DNA of 63,995 nucleotides, filler included, from Octopus bimaculoides (GCF_001194135.2; 5 parts of 5 records of this genome joined end to end with filler, not necessarily neighbours in it); one strand, 5' to 3'. Shown: positions 37,794 through 51,562, counted from the whole stretch's first letter. Notes: generated from the letters alone by a model not told the origin. Made by a program: numbers and translations.

Positions 37794-38526
37794 TCTTAAG
37801 TGAAGATCAAATAAATAGTGCATGTGTTTCATTGGCAAAAGATGACCATCCCCAAGTATAACAATAATTGGAATGGAGATATTCGGAGGTAGACAAAGAA
37901 CAAGACAGTTGGATAATATTTGGTGTCTCAGTTAGTCAGACTTGGGAATCCATCTGTAAAGTGTCAAGACATTTGCTTATGATAGGACCCTATGGAGGAG
38001 AACCAGAGGACACTAACTCTATGAACCTCCCAGAAATAGAAGAAAGAAATGATTGGTTGGTTGGTTGGTTGGTTGGTTGGTAATGACAGGATTGGCTAAG
38101 ACACACTTTGTAAAAGTATAACAGCACTATTTCATTTTCTGGTTAATTTTCTTGATTGAAACATAATATTGTTTTAAGATATATTATAGGTGTAGGAGTG
38201 GCTGTGTGGTAAGTAGCTTGCTTGCCAACCACATGGTTCTGGGTTAAGTCCCACTGTGTGGCACCTTGGGCAAGTGTCTTCTACTATAGCTTCCAGTGGC
38301 ACTGGCAACAATCTCGCTCAAATGTTTTCTAACATGCCACTGGCACGGAAGCCAGACAGCTGCTCTGGCAATGATCATGCTCGGATGGTGCTGTTAGTGC
38401 TTCACTGGCACAGGTGCCAGTCATCGAATATAGTTCAATTACGATTTGCAGAGAAAAATCGTTTTAAAATGCTTATTGTGGTGAAATGTAATGATAGTCA
38501 CACTTTTGAGTGAATAGATAGATATA

Positions 38527-39110
<584 letters not shown>

Positions 39111-39368
39111 GTACCATACCGTGACACTGAATCCATGACCACATGGTTGGGAAGCAAGTTTCTCAAGCACACAGTGAAGCCTGCATACATTCATATATAT
39201 GCATGGATTTATAGATATATTCATGAGAGAAAGAAAGATGGTAAAAGAGAAAGAGAGACTTATTATTCAACATTCAAAGCTCAAATATGATAGCCACTGA
39301 AGGAAAGATTTCAAGAATATATAAATGTGTGTGTGTGTATATATATATGAGTCTGTGTGTGTGTGTGT

Positions 39369-39423
<55 letters not shown>

Positions 39424-40009
39424 NNNNNNNNNNNNNNNNNNNNNNNNNNNNNNNNNNNNNNNNNNNNNNNNNNNNNNNNNNNNNNNNNNNNNNNNNNNNN
39501 NNNNNNNNNNNNNNNNNNNNNNNNNNNNNNNNNNNNNNNNNNNNNNNNNNNNNNNNNNNNNNNNNNNNNNNNNNNNNNNNNNNNNNNNNNNNNNNNNNNN
39601 NNNNNNNNNNNNNNNNNNNNNCACCACAACACACACACACACACACACACACACACTTACATACACTTTATGTACATGTATATGGAAAACTCATATATAA
39701 ACACATACCTACATATATATACCTACATACCTACATATATACCTACATATATACCTACATACCTTCATATACCTACATACCTTCATATACCTACATACCT
39801 TCATATATACCTACATACCTACATATATAATGTATATTATCAAGTATTGCTTGACAGTGAAACTTAAGAATCCCAATTCTCACAAATTTTGCACACACAC
39901 ACACACACACACATATACACCCACATGTTGATATATATATGTATGTGTGTGTGTGTGTGTGCATATTTATATGATTTATATGTATGAATATATTTTGTGC
40001 ATATGTGTT

Positions 40010-40056
<47 letters not shown>

Positions 40057-40617
40057 NNNNNNNNNNNNNNNNNNNNNNNNNNNNNNNNNNNNNNNNNNNN
40101 NNNNNNNNNNNNNNNNNNNNNNNNNNNNNNNNNNNNNNNNNNNNNNNNNNNNNNNNNNNNNNNNNNNNNNNNNNNNNNNNNNNNNNNNNNNNNNNNNNNN
40201 NNNNNNNNNNNNNNNNNNNNNNNNNNNNNNNNNNNNNNNNNNNNNNNNNNNNNNNNNNNNNNNNNNNNNNNNNNNNNNNNNNNNNNNNNNNNNNNNNNNN
40301 NNNNNNNNNNNNNNNNNNNNNNNNNNNNNNNNNNNNNNNNNNNNNNNNNNNNNNNNNNNNNNNNNNNNNNNNNNNNNNNNNNNNNNNNNNNNNNNNNNNN
40401 NNNNNNNNNNNNNNNNNNNNNNNNNNNNNNNNNNNNNNNNNNNNNNNNNNNNNNNNNNNNNNNNNNAAGGGAAGAATGAAGGAAACCAAGAATCAGATGT
40501 CAAGAAGTCTTGATAGTTGTTAAGTAGAAGAAAGTCTAAGGAGTTTCCTGAATTGTATTCCTGCTGCACCTCTGACAGAGTGCGGACAGTTAATGTATTA
40601 TAATAGAGACTGTGACA

Positions 40618-40669
<52 letters not shown>

Positions 40670-42066
40670 GTGTGTGGATGTGTGTTCGTGTGTGTTTGTG
40701 TGTGATATTTATTGGTAGGCGTTTGTACCTTACTGTATGTATGTTCATGTATACTTGTGTGTCAGTATTTGTGGGCGAATGTATTTAGGTGTGTAAATGT
40801 GTATGTACGGATGTGTTGTTGGTGAGTGGCTGTAATTTATTGCAGTGTGTGTGTGTGAGAGAAAAGAGTGAATGTGTCTATGTCGATTCATGTGCATGAA
40901 TGCGTATGCATCTGTCAACACCTGTACTTCAGAGGATGCATTTGTGCAAGTCAATCTGTGTGTGTGTGTGTGTGTGTTTGTACATGTGTGTGTTTGTACA
41001 TATGTGTGCATGGCATGCATCTGAATGTGTACATATAGGTGAATGTGCTTGTGAGTAAATGACGTAATGCATTAAAGAATGTGAGTAAAAAAAAAACAAA
41101 AAAAAAACAAATATAAAATAGCTGATGTTGGATCTCAGGATGTTGAACTTTACAAAACAACATGATGATAGGATTGAGAAGAATAAAATTTTGTCAGAGA
41201 ATGGCGCATGATAGAGTAGTGTGAAGAGTATCTGTATGTCATACGGCCAAACATGATAGATGATTGAGAAGAGCATTTGTCTGCTGTAGAGTAAAACATG
41301 ATGAAGAACTGAAAAGAAAATCAGTTAATCTTTCTTTCTTCAATTGGCAGAAGGTCAGCAGTTTTGGAGAGCAGGATGGTTAGTTAAATACATTGACCCC
41401 AGCATTCTATTAGTATTTATTTTATCAACCTTGAAATGATGAAAGACAAGGTCGACCCCTGCAACATTTGAACTCAGAGAAAAAAAGGTGGAAGAAATGC
41501 TGCTAAACATTTTTGTCCAACACAATAATGATTCTGCTAGCTTGCCAGCTGATTTTAGTACAGAATATGAATAAAAACTAAGAAGAGTATCCGTTACAGC
41601 ATACAACAGGATGACAGGATTTTGAAATCTTAATATATTTCTTAAAAGGATGCAAACAAAATATTCTGTGTGCATCCTTTCAAGAAACATGTTAACCTTT
41701 GTTCTCTAAGCTCATAAAAATCCTGATGATACAATTTATTAGCATATAAACAAATACAGAAAATTATGTAGGGGCATGAACCGAAACATATATGTAGGTC
41801 TTTCACATCTGCCATTTCTTTTTGAGCTTTACGACTTATAATTTATTTGCATTGCCATATAAAAGACTTCAACATCGTTATATCATACAAATAAATTATT
41901 CATACATCCATATCTCTCCATTTTCTTTCTTTCGGTATTAATAATATGTATTACAACAATAATCCCTAACATATCATCAAGGCTTTCTCTTTACATGAGA
42001 GTGATTAACCAATGGAATTTTGGATTATATAATACCTAATGTACATCTAACATCCTCGAATTGACA

Positions 42067-42110
<44 letters not shown>

Positions 42111-42372
42111 GATGATGGCCAGATACATATATACATACAGACATACATAGTTTTATGCAAACATAAATACATACATAAATATATATACACAGATATATAT
42201 ACATACATAGGTACAGGAGAGGCCGTGTGGTAAGAAGCTTGCTTCCCAGCCACATGGTTCCGGGTTCAGTCTCACTGGGTGGCATGTTGGTGCAAGTGTC
42301 TTCTACTATAGCCTCAGGCCAACTAAAGCCATGTGAGTGGATTTGGTAGACAGAAACTAAGAGAAGCCCATC

Positions 42373-42420
<48 letters not shown>

Positions 42421-42817
42421 CATCATCATCATCGTTTACATATATATATATATATATATATAAACAAATAGTAAATGAGTATATGCATATATACGTACAG
42501 GTATGCGCATACCGACATCCACCTGTATGTATAGGTGCATATCTGGGTACAGGACATTGCAAACAAAACGTAGACGAGAAAACACACAAGCCACATAGAG
42601 AACATTCTTCTTCATCANNNNNNNNNNNNNNNNNNNNNNNNNNNNNNNNNNNNNNNNNNNNTTAATTAATTAANNNNNNNNNNNNNNNNNNNNNNNNNNN
42701 NNNNNNNNNNNNNNNNNATACATATATCCATGTGTATATACTTTTATATTCGAGCGGAAGCGAAAGCAAATGATTTTCCCGTTGACACTGGTCATGAAAA
42801 GTCATGACGATGATGAA

Positions 42818-42855
<38 letters not shown>

Positions 42856-43809
42856 CGAAAGCCGCGTTCGTGTCGTCGATAATTTCAGCGATTCAATGAT
42901 TCAGGCGATAATACATAATAACGGTGATGGTCGATCGCGCCATTCTGCGTGATTCAGTTGCACTTTCTTTAGCCCCAGGTCAGTGCTAATCCAGTTAGCC
43001 TGTGATCAAACGCATCGCATTCATGACTTACCACGAACCTGTGAGGCACAATGTGACCTTTCTCTCCACCATCCCCACTCGGAAGACCTTGCTCAAAGTG
43101 CATTACTATTCAAGTTCGTTCGATGTCTTTTGAGGGGTGTTTGGCATGTATTACCAGCAAGTCCCACAAGGTATTTCTCTGTGTATTGATTTGAAATGTC
43201 TTATTTATCTTTAACCTGTCACTTGTTACAGTGACTGGATGGCGACCATGCTGGAGTACAGTCTTGAAGGACTTTAGTCGAACGAATCGATGTCATTACA
43301 TCTTTTATCTTTTTTTTTTTTGTTTCAAACCTTGTAGTTATTTATCCGAATGGTTATTTTTGCCGAAGGCCTACGTTACGGAATCGTGAATAAACTAATT
43401 CATTTCTGAAGCGGCGAGAGGGAACAAACACAGACACGAAGACACACACATTAAGAAACTCACACCCACACACTCGNNNNNNNNNNNNNNNNNNNNNNNN
43501 NNNNNNNNNNNNNNNNNNNNNNNNNNNNNNNNNNNNNNNNNNNNNNNNNNNNNNNNNNNNNNNNNNNNNNNNNNNNNNNNNNNNNNNNNNNNNNNNNNNN
43601 NNNNNNNNNNNNNNNNNNNNNNNNNNNNNNNNNNNNNNNNNNNNNNNNNNNNNNNNNNNNNNNNNNNNNNNNNNNNNNNNNNNNNNNNNNNNNNNNNNNN
43701 NNNNNNNNNNNNNNNNNNNNNNNNNNNNNNNNNNNNNNNNNNNNNNNNNNNNNNNNNNNNTATATATGCACAGGCATAGGCACGTGTGTACTATGATTAA
43801 ATATCTTAA

Positions 43810-44725
43810 ATTCGGTTTTTGTGCATAAATCCCGCCATTTTCAGCTTAGAGATAACCAGATAACATGATTTCGACCTTCTTAGGCCTTGTCAATGATGGA
43901 TGCTCAACCTCTAGTGATAGCTGCGATTCATCTCCTCACAGGCGATATAGAGAATAACAGACCCAGAACAGGCGCTGGTTTCGCGATTAGCTAATGATTT
44001 CGTTAAGAAATATTTATTAATGACAGAGGCAGTATTAATACCGAGTGATAATATCTATCCCCACTTAAACGTGGATCTTAATGTAAAACAAAATACACTC
44101 CGTTCTCATATTGGTTTTTGATGCAAAATGCATTCTTGTTTATATCGCTGGCGGGGAAATAAATCAGCGTCACCACCAGCTTCGAAACCACCAGATCACC
44201 TTTATTTCGGCCTTCATTGGTCTTGTCAATGATGGGCGCTCGACTGTTTGAGATAGCAGTGAATTTCGCTGCCATTTGTTCTAACGTTTAAGTGGGAATA
44301 AACATTACGTTTATTAACATCCACGTAAAACATCCACGTTTAAGTGGGAATAGGCATTAACTCTCAGTATTAATTGTTCCTCTGTTGCTAATATATATTT
44401 CTTAACAAGCTGATTAACTAATCGCAAAATCAGTTCCTATTCAGGCACTGATTGTCTATATATCGCTGACAGAGAGTTGAGTTGCTGCTATCTCTAGCAG
44501 TCGAGAGTCTACCACCGATGAGACCAAGGAAGGCGAAATCACGTGATCTGGTCGTCTCGACGCTGGAGTTGGTGGCGATTTATCTCCCTGCTAGCGATAT
44601 AAGCATCCATACATTTTGCACTAAAAGCCTACGTGAGAATTTCTCTCATGGTAACTATCGCAGTATAGTTTGTTCTAACAGAACATCCACGTTTAAATGG
44701 GGATTCATATTACCACTCGATAATT
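43810..44725. repeat. Palindromic array of a CpG-rich unit of about 340-350 bp
   Basis: cttgtcaatgatgg recurs at 43886 and 44222 (336 bp apart). acatccacgttta recurs at 44330 and 44683 (353 bp apart). The two halves are inverted about a centre near 44285. Confidence 0.75.
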
Positions 44726-45067
44726 CATAGATACGTGAACACACACATTATACGAAGTATTGTACAGAATATCCAGCTATAAGTGCCATACATGGCGTTA
44801 ACATGTATTTAACGTAATTTCTACCATAAATGAAATTCGTCGCTCCTTTTCGACATTTTAGCCATTTATTCTTTGTTTACCTTCTGTTTTGGCTTGTTTA
44901 TTCTCTCCCTTGTTCTCCACACCTTGTGTGTGGGGGGAGTGGTGGTTTGTTTGTGTTGGTGTGTCGATGAAAGAGAATATGTCTCTATTTGTGAGTGAAA
45001 TAGTATGCTCGCTTTTCTTTAAAATCGATTATATCTCAAGGAGAATGCAAAAAAGTTCTTGTGCATG

Positions 45068-45104
<37 letters not shown>

Positions 45105-46236
45105 GAAAATATATTTGTATGTGTTTGTGAAGGAACAAGTGGGGGAGAGAGAAGCAGACAGAGAAAAAGGGAGACTGTATGAGTTAAGTGTGTGTGTTCA
45201 TGTGTGTATTATCGATTGTGAGTGAAGGAAAACGAGTTCAAGCGTTATGTCTCTACATGCGTGTAGAGACATAACTGTGTGTGTGTGTGTGCGCATGCGC
45301 ATGTATATATATATCTGTCTGCGTATGTGCGTAAGTGTGTGTGCGTATGTGGGTGCGTACGTATATGTGTGTATGTGCGCGTGTGTGTGTGTCTGCATGG
45401 TACTGTGCGTATGTGTGTATATGCCTGTGTGTGTGTGTGTGCGTATATGTCCGTACGTATATGTCCGTGCGTATATGTGTGTGTATATTTGTGTGCCCTA
45501 TGTATGTGCGTATGTGTGCTTGCGTGTGTGTGAGTGTAGTAGAGTGAAATAGAATATATATATATATGTGTGCGGGGGGGGGAAGGTTCCTAAACTTGGA
45601 AAATGGGTGCCTCATGAATTGTTCGAAAGCAACCGCAGATCCCGAGTTGACGTCTGCTTTTCTCTCCATTCTCGCGAACTCATTTCATCTTTTTTGGGAT
45701 AGACTTGTGACTGGTGACGGAAAATGAATCTTCTATCGAAGTGTTAAACGTCGTAAACAGCGGCTTGGTAAAAGGGAAAAAGCTCAATCACAACCGAGAA
45801 GGGAACTTCATAGGAAAAAGAGCCTTCTCTCTATTTGGTAGGATTGCAAACGAGTAATTCACTTTGAATTGTTACCACCTAATGCAACAATCAATGTTCA
45901 AGTCTACTGTCAGCAATTAGAGCGTTTGAATCAAGCTTTCAAGAAAAAAAAAACCTGCTTTAGTGAATCGAAAAGGAGTGATGTTTCATCAGGACAATGC
46001 GCGTCCCCACACTGCAAAGATCACATCACAGAAGATCGAAGAGCTTAATCAGAAAAAAAATTCCTCGTCCGCCTTATTCTCCCGACTTTGCTCATTCAGG
46101 TCACCATTTGTTTCGTAGTTTACAGAATCATTTGGGGAACACAATTATCGCAAGCCAGGAGGAGGTCAAAACAGACATTTCAGAGTTCTTCGCTTTGAAA
46201 CCAAAAGAGTTTTACATTGATGGGATTAAGAAGCTT

Positions 46237-46353
46237 GTTACGGCCATATCACGTTGACAGCACCGGTTCTCGTCCGATCACCGAAGTTAAGCAACGTCGA
46301 GCCTTGTGAGCACTTGGATGGGTGACCGCTTGGGAAACCTAGGTGCCGTAAGC
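46237..46353 (+). ncRNA. 5S rRNA-derived sequence (near full length), head of a retroposed element
   Basis: ttacggccatatcacgttgacagcaccggttctcgtccgatcaccgaagttaagcaacgtcgagcc...cttggatgggtgaccgcttggg...ggtgccgtaagc closely matches the invertebrate 5S consensus, with box A and box C recognisable. There is no oligo-T terminator, and it is not in an array. Confidence 0.9.
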
Positions 46354-46418
46354 GTCACACACTAAACGGCGGTGCATCAGCATGGTCGCAGCTCTAAGCT
46401 GAACCTATAGAAAAAAAT
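46237..46418 (+). mobile_element. 5S-headed SINE (SINE3-like) or 5S/SINE-tail chimeric retrocopy
   Basis: The 5S part is followed by ggcggtgcatcagcatggtcgcag...gctgaa and an A-rich end, resembling the ggcggtgctccagcatggccgcag...gactgaaac tail of the tRNA-SINEs in this window. It interrupts a mariner ORF. Confidence 0.6.
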
Positions 46419-46659
46419 AGATAGAAGGAAGTCATAGATAATCAGGGAAAGTACATTGATGATTAACTTTAAATTAAATATAACATTTGATCACTTGTTT
46501 TCTTTATTCAAAATTCAGACAGAACTTATGGGATGACCTGATATATTCCTGCAGAGATCCAAATTATTTAAAGACATATAAACCGACAATGTCCATCACT
46601 GACTTTGTGCTTAGTTATAACACATTATGCCTTTTGACTTAAACAGAACAATTTTTTTT

Positions 46660-46876
46660 TCTACTCTAGGCACAAGGCCCAAAATGTTTTGTAGTGGGGA
46701 CCAGTCGATTAGATCGACCCCAGCACGCAAATGGTACTTAATTTATCGACCCCGAAAGGATAAAAGGCAAAGGCAAAGTCTGCCTCGGTGGAATTTGAAC
46801 TCAGAACGTAACGGCAGATGAAATACCGCTAAGCATTTCGCCCGGCGTGCTAACGTTTCCGCCAGCTCGACGCCTT
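46660..46876 (-). mobile_element. tRNA-headed SINE family B (central gcctttcatcctttcggggtcgataaattaagtacca domain), well preserved
   Basis: On the - strand: ggcg.gagctggcggaaacgttagcacgccgggcgaaatgcttagcgg...ttctgagttcaaattcc head. Other copies at about 3500-3705, 18860-19070(+), 37405-37610, 41340-41555 and 52350-52550. Confidence 0.88.
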
Positions 46877-47034
46877 CTTAAACAAAACAAATTAAAAGAA
46901 AAAAAAATATATGAATAAAATCCGGAAAATAAAAATTCAGTTGTTGACAGGCATCAACAAATTCGTTATGGGTTCGTTTCCCCTTAAGTTAAATTTATGT
47001 ATTATATCTTATTTACTTTATCGATTTTTTATAG

Positions 47035-47066
<32 letters not shown>

Positions 47067-48021
47067 GTGTGTGTAGGTTAGTATGTGTGTATGTATGTAT
47101 GTACATATTAAGTAAATATGTATATAAAATGTAAATATCATATATATTTTAAGTAGATATATATGCATACATGTATNNNNNNNNNNNNNNNNNNNNNNTA
47201 TATATAATTATAATTATATATAAACGAATATGTATATATATGCATGTATGCTTATGTGTATTATTGTGTATATATTCCTAACTAAAAAGGAAACGAAATA
47301 TGAATTGAAATTTAGTTATTATTTATTCCTTTTAACATAAGTGCGATTTCTTTTTAAGAAATTGGTAGTTTTTTTTTTTTTCTTCAGAAGTCCAACCCAC
47401 CACACACTAACACCACACCGGCATTCACTGCCCCACCCTGCCCTTGTACCACTTCCAACTTACCATTAAATAAATCAACGAATCAATCAACTTAACCAAC
47501 CAGACAGCCACCCGGCTAGCCAGACTCCCAAAGCCAGCCGGCCAACCAACCGTCCAACCAATCAAAGGGAAAAAGCATTTCTCTATACTTAATCATGTTG
47601 GCATTCATATTTGCAATGAAAGTAAAATAAAGCAGTGGAAAGCGGCCATCTTGTCAAATTTGTTTTAACACACACACGCATACGCACACTCATATACGTA
47701 CCTTATATATTGACGCATTATCTATATATTATATAAATATATATGTATATATATATATATATATAGATAGATATAGATACATATATATACATATATACAT
47801 ACATATACATATAGTAGGTGTACAGTACATATACAATATCTACAGATGCATTATTTATTTATACATTATATATCAACGTACACACACATATATACATTAT
47901 TTATTTATAAACATATACATAATGTATATATATAAATATATATATTATATATATATATAGTATATAATGTATATACTTATATATATATATACATTATTTA
48001 TACATAAACATATACATTATC

Positions 48022-48052
<31 letters not shown>

Positions 48053-48055
48053 CTA

Positions 48056-48148
<93 letters not shown>

Positions 48149-48769
48149 CATACATACATATATATGCATATATTTATATTAGTGCATATGTATGTACATA
48201 TGTATGTATTTACACATACAAACATACTTACATATACACGTACACATACAGATACGTATAGAAAGTGAGATTTATTGACTTAAAAATTGCGTGAGACAGA
48301 GGTAAAGAAAAGAAAAGAAAGAAAGAAAGGAATAAAGGAAGAAGGAAAGAAAGGAGATATAGTAACAGGGAGAGAGTGAGCGTGATAGAAGCAGAGAGAG
48401 AGAGAGAAGAAAGGGAGAGAAGATAACGGGGATGAGACAGCAAGATGGGCAGTAATTGTGAACTTAAAGATACCAGGCCAAAGTTGTGTATTAAAAGCTC
48501 AAACTATGAAGAACCATTAAGAAATCTCTCTCCCCTAACGACCCCATCCTGATTCCTACAACATCATTATCATCATCATCAACATCATCTAAACCATTAT
48601 CATCATCATCATCATCATCTAAACCATTAATTTGGCCCAATTTCTTTCCATTACTTTCTCATATAACTTCGTTTTATTTTCTCCAATTTTTCTGTTGTTG
48701 GCGTTCCAGCCGAACTGTCTGTTGTTGGCGTTGTTCTTTCTTGTTTTCTCATTACATTTCGTCACCGTT

Positions 48770-48836
48770 CCTTTCTTCTTCTTCTTCTTCTTCTTCTTCT
48801 TCTTCTTCTTCTTCTGCTTCTTCTCCTCCTCCTTCC

Positions 48837-48867
<31 letters not shown>

Positions 48868-49425
48868 CTTCTTCTTCTTCTTCTACTTCTCCTCCTCCTC
48901 CTCCTCCTTCCTCTCCTTCTTTTTTCTTTCTTTAACTCTTCTCCTTCTTCTCCTCCACCTCCTCCTCCTCCTCCTCCTCCTTCCTCTTCTTTTTTTCTTT
49001 CTTTAACTCTTCTTCTTTCTTTCTTTAACTCTTCTTCTTCTTCTTCTTCTTTCTTTCTTTCTTTCTTTCTTTAACTCTTCTTCTTCTTCTTCTTCTTCTT
49101 CTTCTTTTACCTCTTCTTCTTCTGCTTCTTCTTCTTCTTCTTCTTCTTCTTTTTCTTCTTCTTCTTCTTCTTCTTCTTCTTCTTCTTCGTCTTCTTTCTT
49201 TCTTTAACTCTTCTTCTTCTTCTTCTTCTTCTTCTTTTACTTCTTCTTCTTTTACTTCTTCTTCTTCTTCTTTTTCTTCTTCTTTTTCTTCTTCTTCTTC
49301 TTCTTCTTCTTCTTCTTCTTTCATTCTTTCTTTTACTCTTCGTATTCTTGTTTCTTCTTTTTCTTTCTTTTACTCTTCGTATTCTTTTTCCTTCTTCTTA
49401 TTCTTCTTCTTCTTCTTCTCCTCCT
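48770..49425. repeat. (CTT)n/(CCT)n polypyrimidine tract, about 650 bp
   Basis: Direct inspection; very few purines on the + strand. Confidence 0.95.
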
Positions 49426-50055
49426 CCTTCTTCTTCTACTGCTTCTCCTCCCCCTCCTTCCCCCTCATATCTTCTCTACTTCTCTGAGTCACCTAGAATA
49501 ACATTATCCCCCCTTCCACCCTACCACCACCACCATTATTATCATTCCGGCCCCTTGACCATATCCTTATTGACTGCTATGAGGTGCAGGACTAGCCACA
49601 AGTGCAAGCCCCATGAGTCAGAGCGGCTGTCCAGCGTATCTTCCTTGCTATCTTCTGGGGCAATTCCTTTTTCCATTTCGTCTGTTAGCACCATGAGGAC
49701 ATTCAAGTCCTTACTCTAAAGTTACATATAAATTCCTCATCTAGGGCTAATATCATTCTGGCAGCCCGCCTTTATTATTACTAATATTATTCCCTCATTA
49801 CTAGAAGGAAATTATTATTATTATTATTATTGTTGAGCTGTACTCAACAATGCTGTCTTCTGATTCACCTCCAGCCTGGCAGCAGCTCCAATATTCTTAA
49901 TATGTTTTTCAAAGCCTTTGGAAACTGCTCCTTTAGACTACTTTACACAGCATCATTTTGTTTTGCTATGCGTTTTACTTTGTTACTTCTTGTATCATAT
50001 TACAATTCGCTCTTTTGTGTGAGGTTGGTGTAATGTGTATTGCATTATTTTATTA

Positions 50056-50467
50056 CTCTTTTACTGTTTTACTTGTTTCAGTCATTTGACTGTGGCCATG
50101 CTGGAGCACCGCCTTTAGTCGAGCATATCGACTCCAGGACTTTTTCTTCGTAAGCCTAGTACTTATTCTATCGGTCTCTTGTGCCGAACCGCTAAGTTAC
50201 GGGGACGTAAACACACCAACATCGGTTGCCAGGCGATGTTGGGGGGGGGCAGACACAGATACACAAACATATACGCACACATACATGTATATACATATAT
50301 ACGACAGGCTTCTTTCAGTTTCCGTCTACCAAATCCGATCACAAGGCTTTGATCGACCCGAGGCTATAGTAGAAGACACTTGCCCAAGGTGCCACGCAGT
50401 GGGACTGAACCCGGAACCATGTGGTAGTTAAGCAAGCTACTTACCACATAGCTACTCCTGGGCCTAT
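50056..50467 (-). mobile_element. tRNA-headed CORE-like SINE (family A), full length, CpGs retained
   Basis: On the - strand: tRNA-like head, ccttgggcaagtgtcttctactatagcc central domain, internal microsatellite, and tail ...cagcatggccacagtcaaatgactgaaacaagtaaaa. Near-identical copies at 51144-51562 and 16451-16875. Confidence 0.9.
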
Positions 50468-50739
50468 AATATTGGATATTAATTTGCTAGGAGTATATGG
50501 AGAGTGGGCTTTTCGTGTATTTATTATGTGTGTATATGTATTTGTGTGTGTGTGTCTGTGTGTGTGTGTGTTCGTGCGTGTGTGTATGTGTCTGTGTGTA
50601 TTGTGAGATGATTGTTCTATATGAGCTGTTCTTTTGAATTGATAATATCTTACGCAGGAAATGGACTGCTCCTAGTTGAACTATTTTTTTTTTACTATAG
50701 AATTGGCTTCGATGTTTTTGTTAATATTTTGTCATACCT

Positions 50740-50875
50740 AATGTTCCATGCATTATTCGTATTATTTAAACTTTTATGACCCGAACCTAAATATTTCGAT
50801 TTATCATAGCCAATGTTCCGTGTGTTATTCGTACCATTTCAACTTTTATAAATCACATCTAAATATTTCGATTTC
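50740..50875. repeat. 72-bp diverged tandem duplication
   Basis: aatgttcc..ttattcgta..tt.aacttttat....ctaaatatttcgattt starts at 50740 and 50812. Confidence 0.7.
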
Positions 50876-51143
50876 AGGATCCGCATATTTCTCACAAATT
50901 TTCCACCTAATCTAATGCAATATTTTGATCAAAAAGGATTGTGATATCAGTCAATGCGTGTTTTCCCCCTAATCTTTATCAAAACGTTTGATTGGTTTAT
51001 ATTGACGGCTTTGTCAGTTTTGGATAGGCATATCCCAAATGATTGGGACCAGGTTGTTGCCATGTATTGCGTTAGATACATATTTACATCACTTCTTGCT
51101 TGTTTTCACCTCGTGGTTTTGCCATATTTCTTCTGTGTAAATA

Positions 51144-51562
51144 CTCTTATTCTCTTTTACTTGTTTCAGTCCTTTGACTGTGGCCATGCTGGAGCACCGC
51201 CCCCAGTCGAGCAAATCGACACCAAGACCTATTCATTTGAAGCCTAGCACTTATTCTATCGGACTCTTCTGCCGAACCGCTAAGTTGCGGGTACGTAAAC
51301 ACACCAGCATCAGTTGTCTAGCGATGCTGGGGGGACAACCACAGTCACACAAACACTTGCACACACGCACACACATATATATACATACATATATACGACG
51401 GGCTTCTTTTCAGTTTCCGTCTACCAAATCCACTCACAAGGCTTTGGTCGGCCCGAGGCTATAGTAGAAGACACTTGCCCAAGGTGCCACGCAATGGGAC
51501 TGAACCCGGAACCATGTGGTTATTAGGGAAGCTACTTACCACACATCCACTGCTACGCCCAT
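51144..51562 (-). mobile_element. SINE family A, full length
   Basis: Same head, core and tail as 50056-50467. A further 5' half is at 52126-52266. Confidence 0.9.

Larger units (their letters stand above)
45581..46545 (+). mobile_element. Mariner (DD34D-type) transposon relic, 5'-truncated, interrupted by the 5S element
   Basis: KLGKWVPHEL, DRLVTGD, VMFHQDNARPHTA, PPYSPDF, FYIDGIKKLV, then after the insertion EVIDNQGKYIDD*. The 3' TIR-like end gaacttatgggatgacctgata is followed by TA. Confidence 0.9.

Noticed and set aside
43032-43200. Possible first exon of KIF6 (gtaagt donor on - strand in CpG-rich DNA)
   Set aside because: It has no KIF6 N-terminal sequence and lies across a scaffold spacer from the KIF6 exons.
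46237-46353. Functional 5S rRNA gene
   Set aside because: It is a single copy with substitutions, an altered 5' end and no oligo-T terminator, inserted inside a mariner ORF.
49520-49720. - strand open frame SKDLNVLMVLTDEMEKG...KGPE*
   Set aside because: No recognisable protein. It ends in a (GAT/GGT)-type tail like a retroelement 3' end but cannot be assigned from this window.
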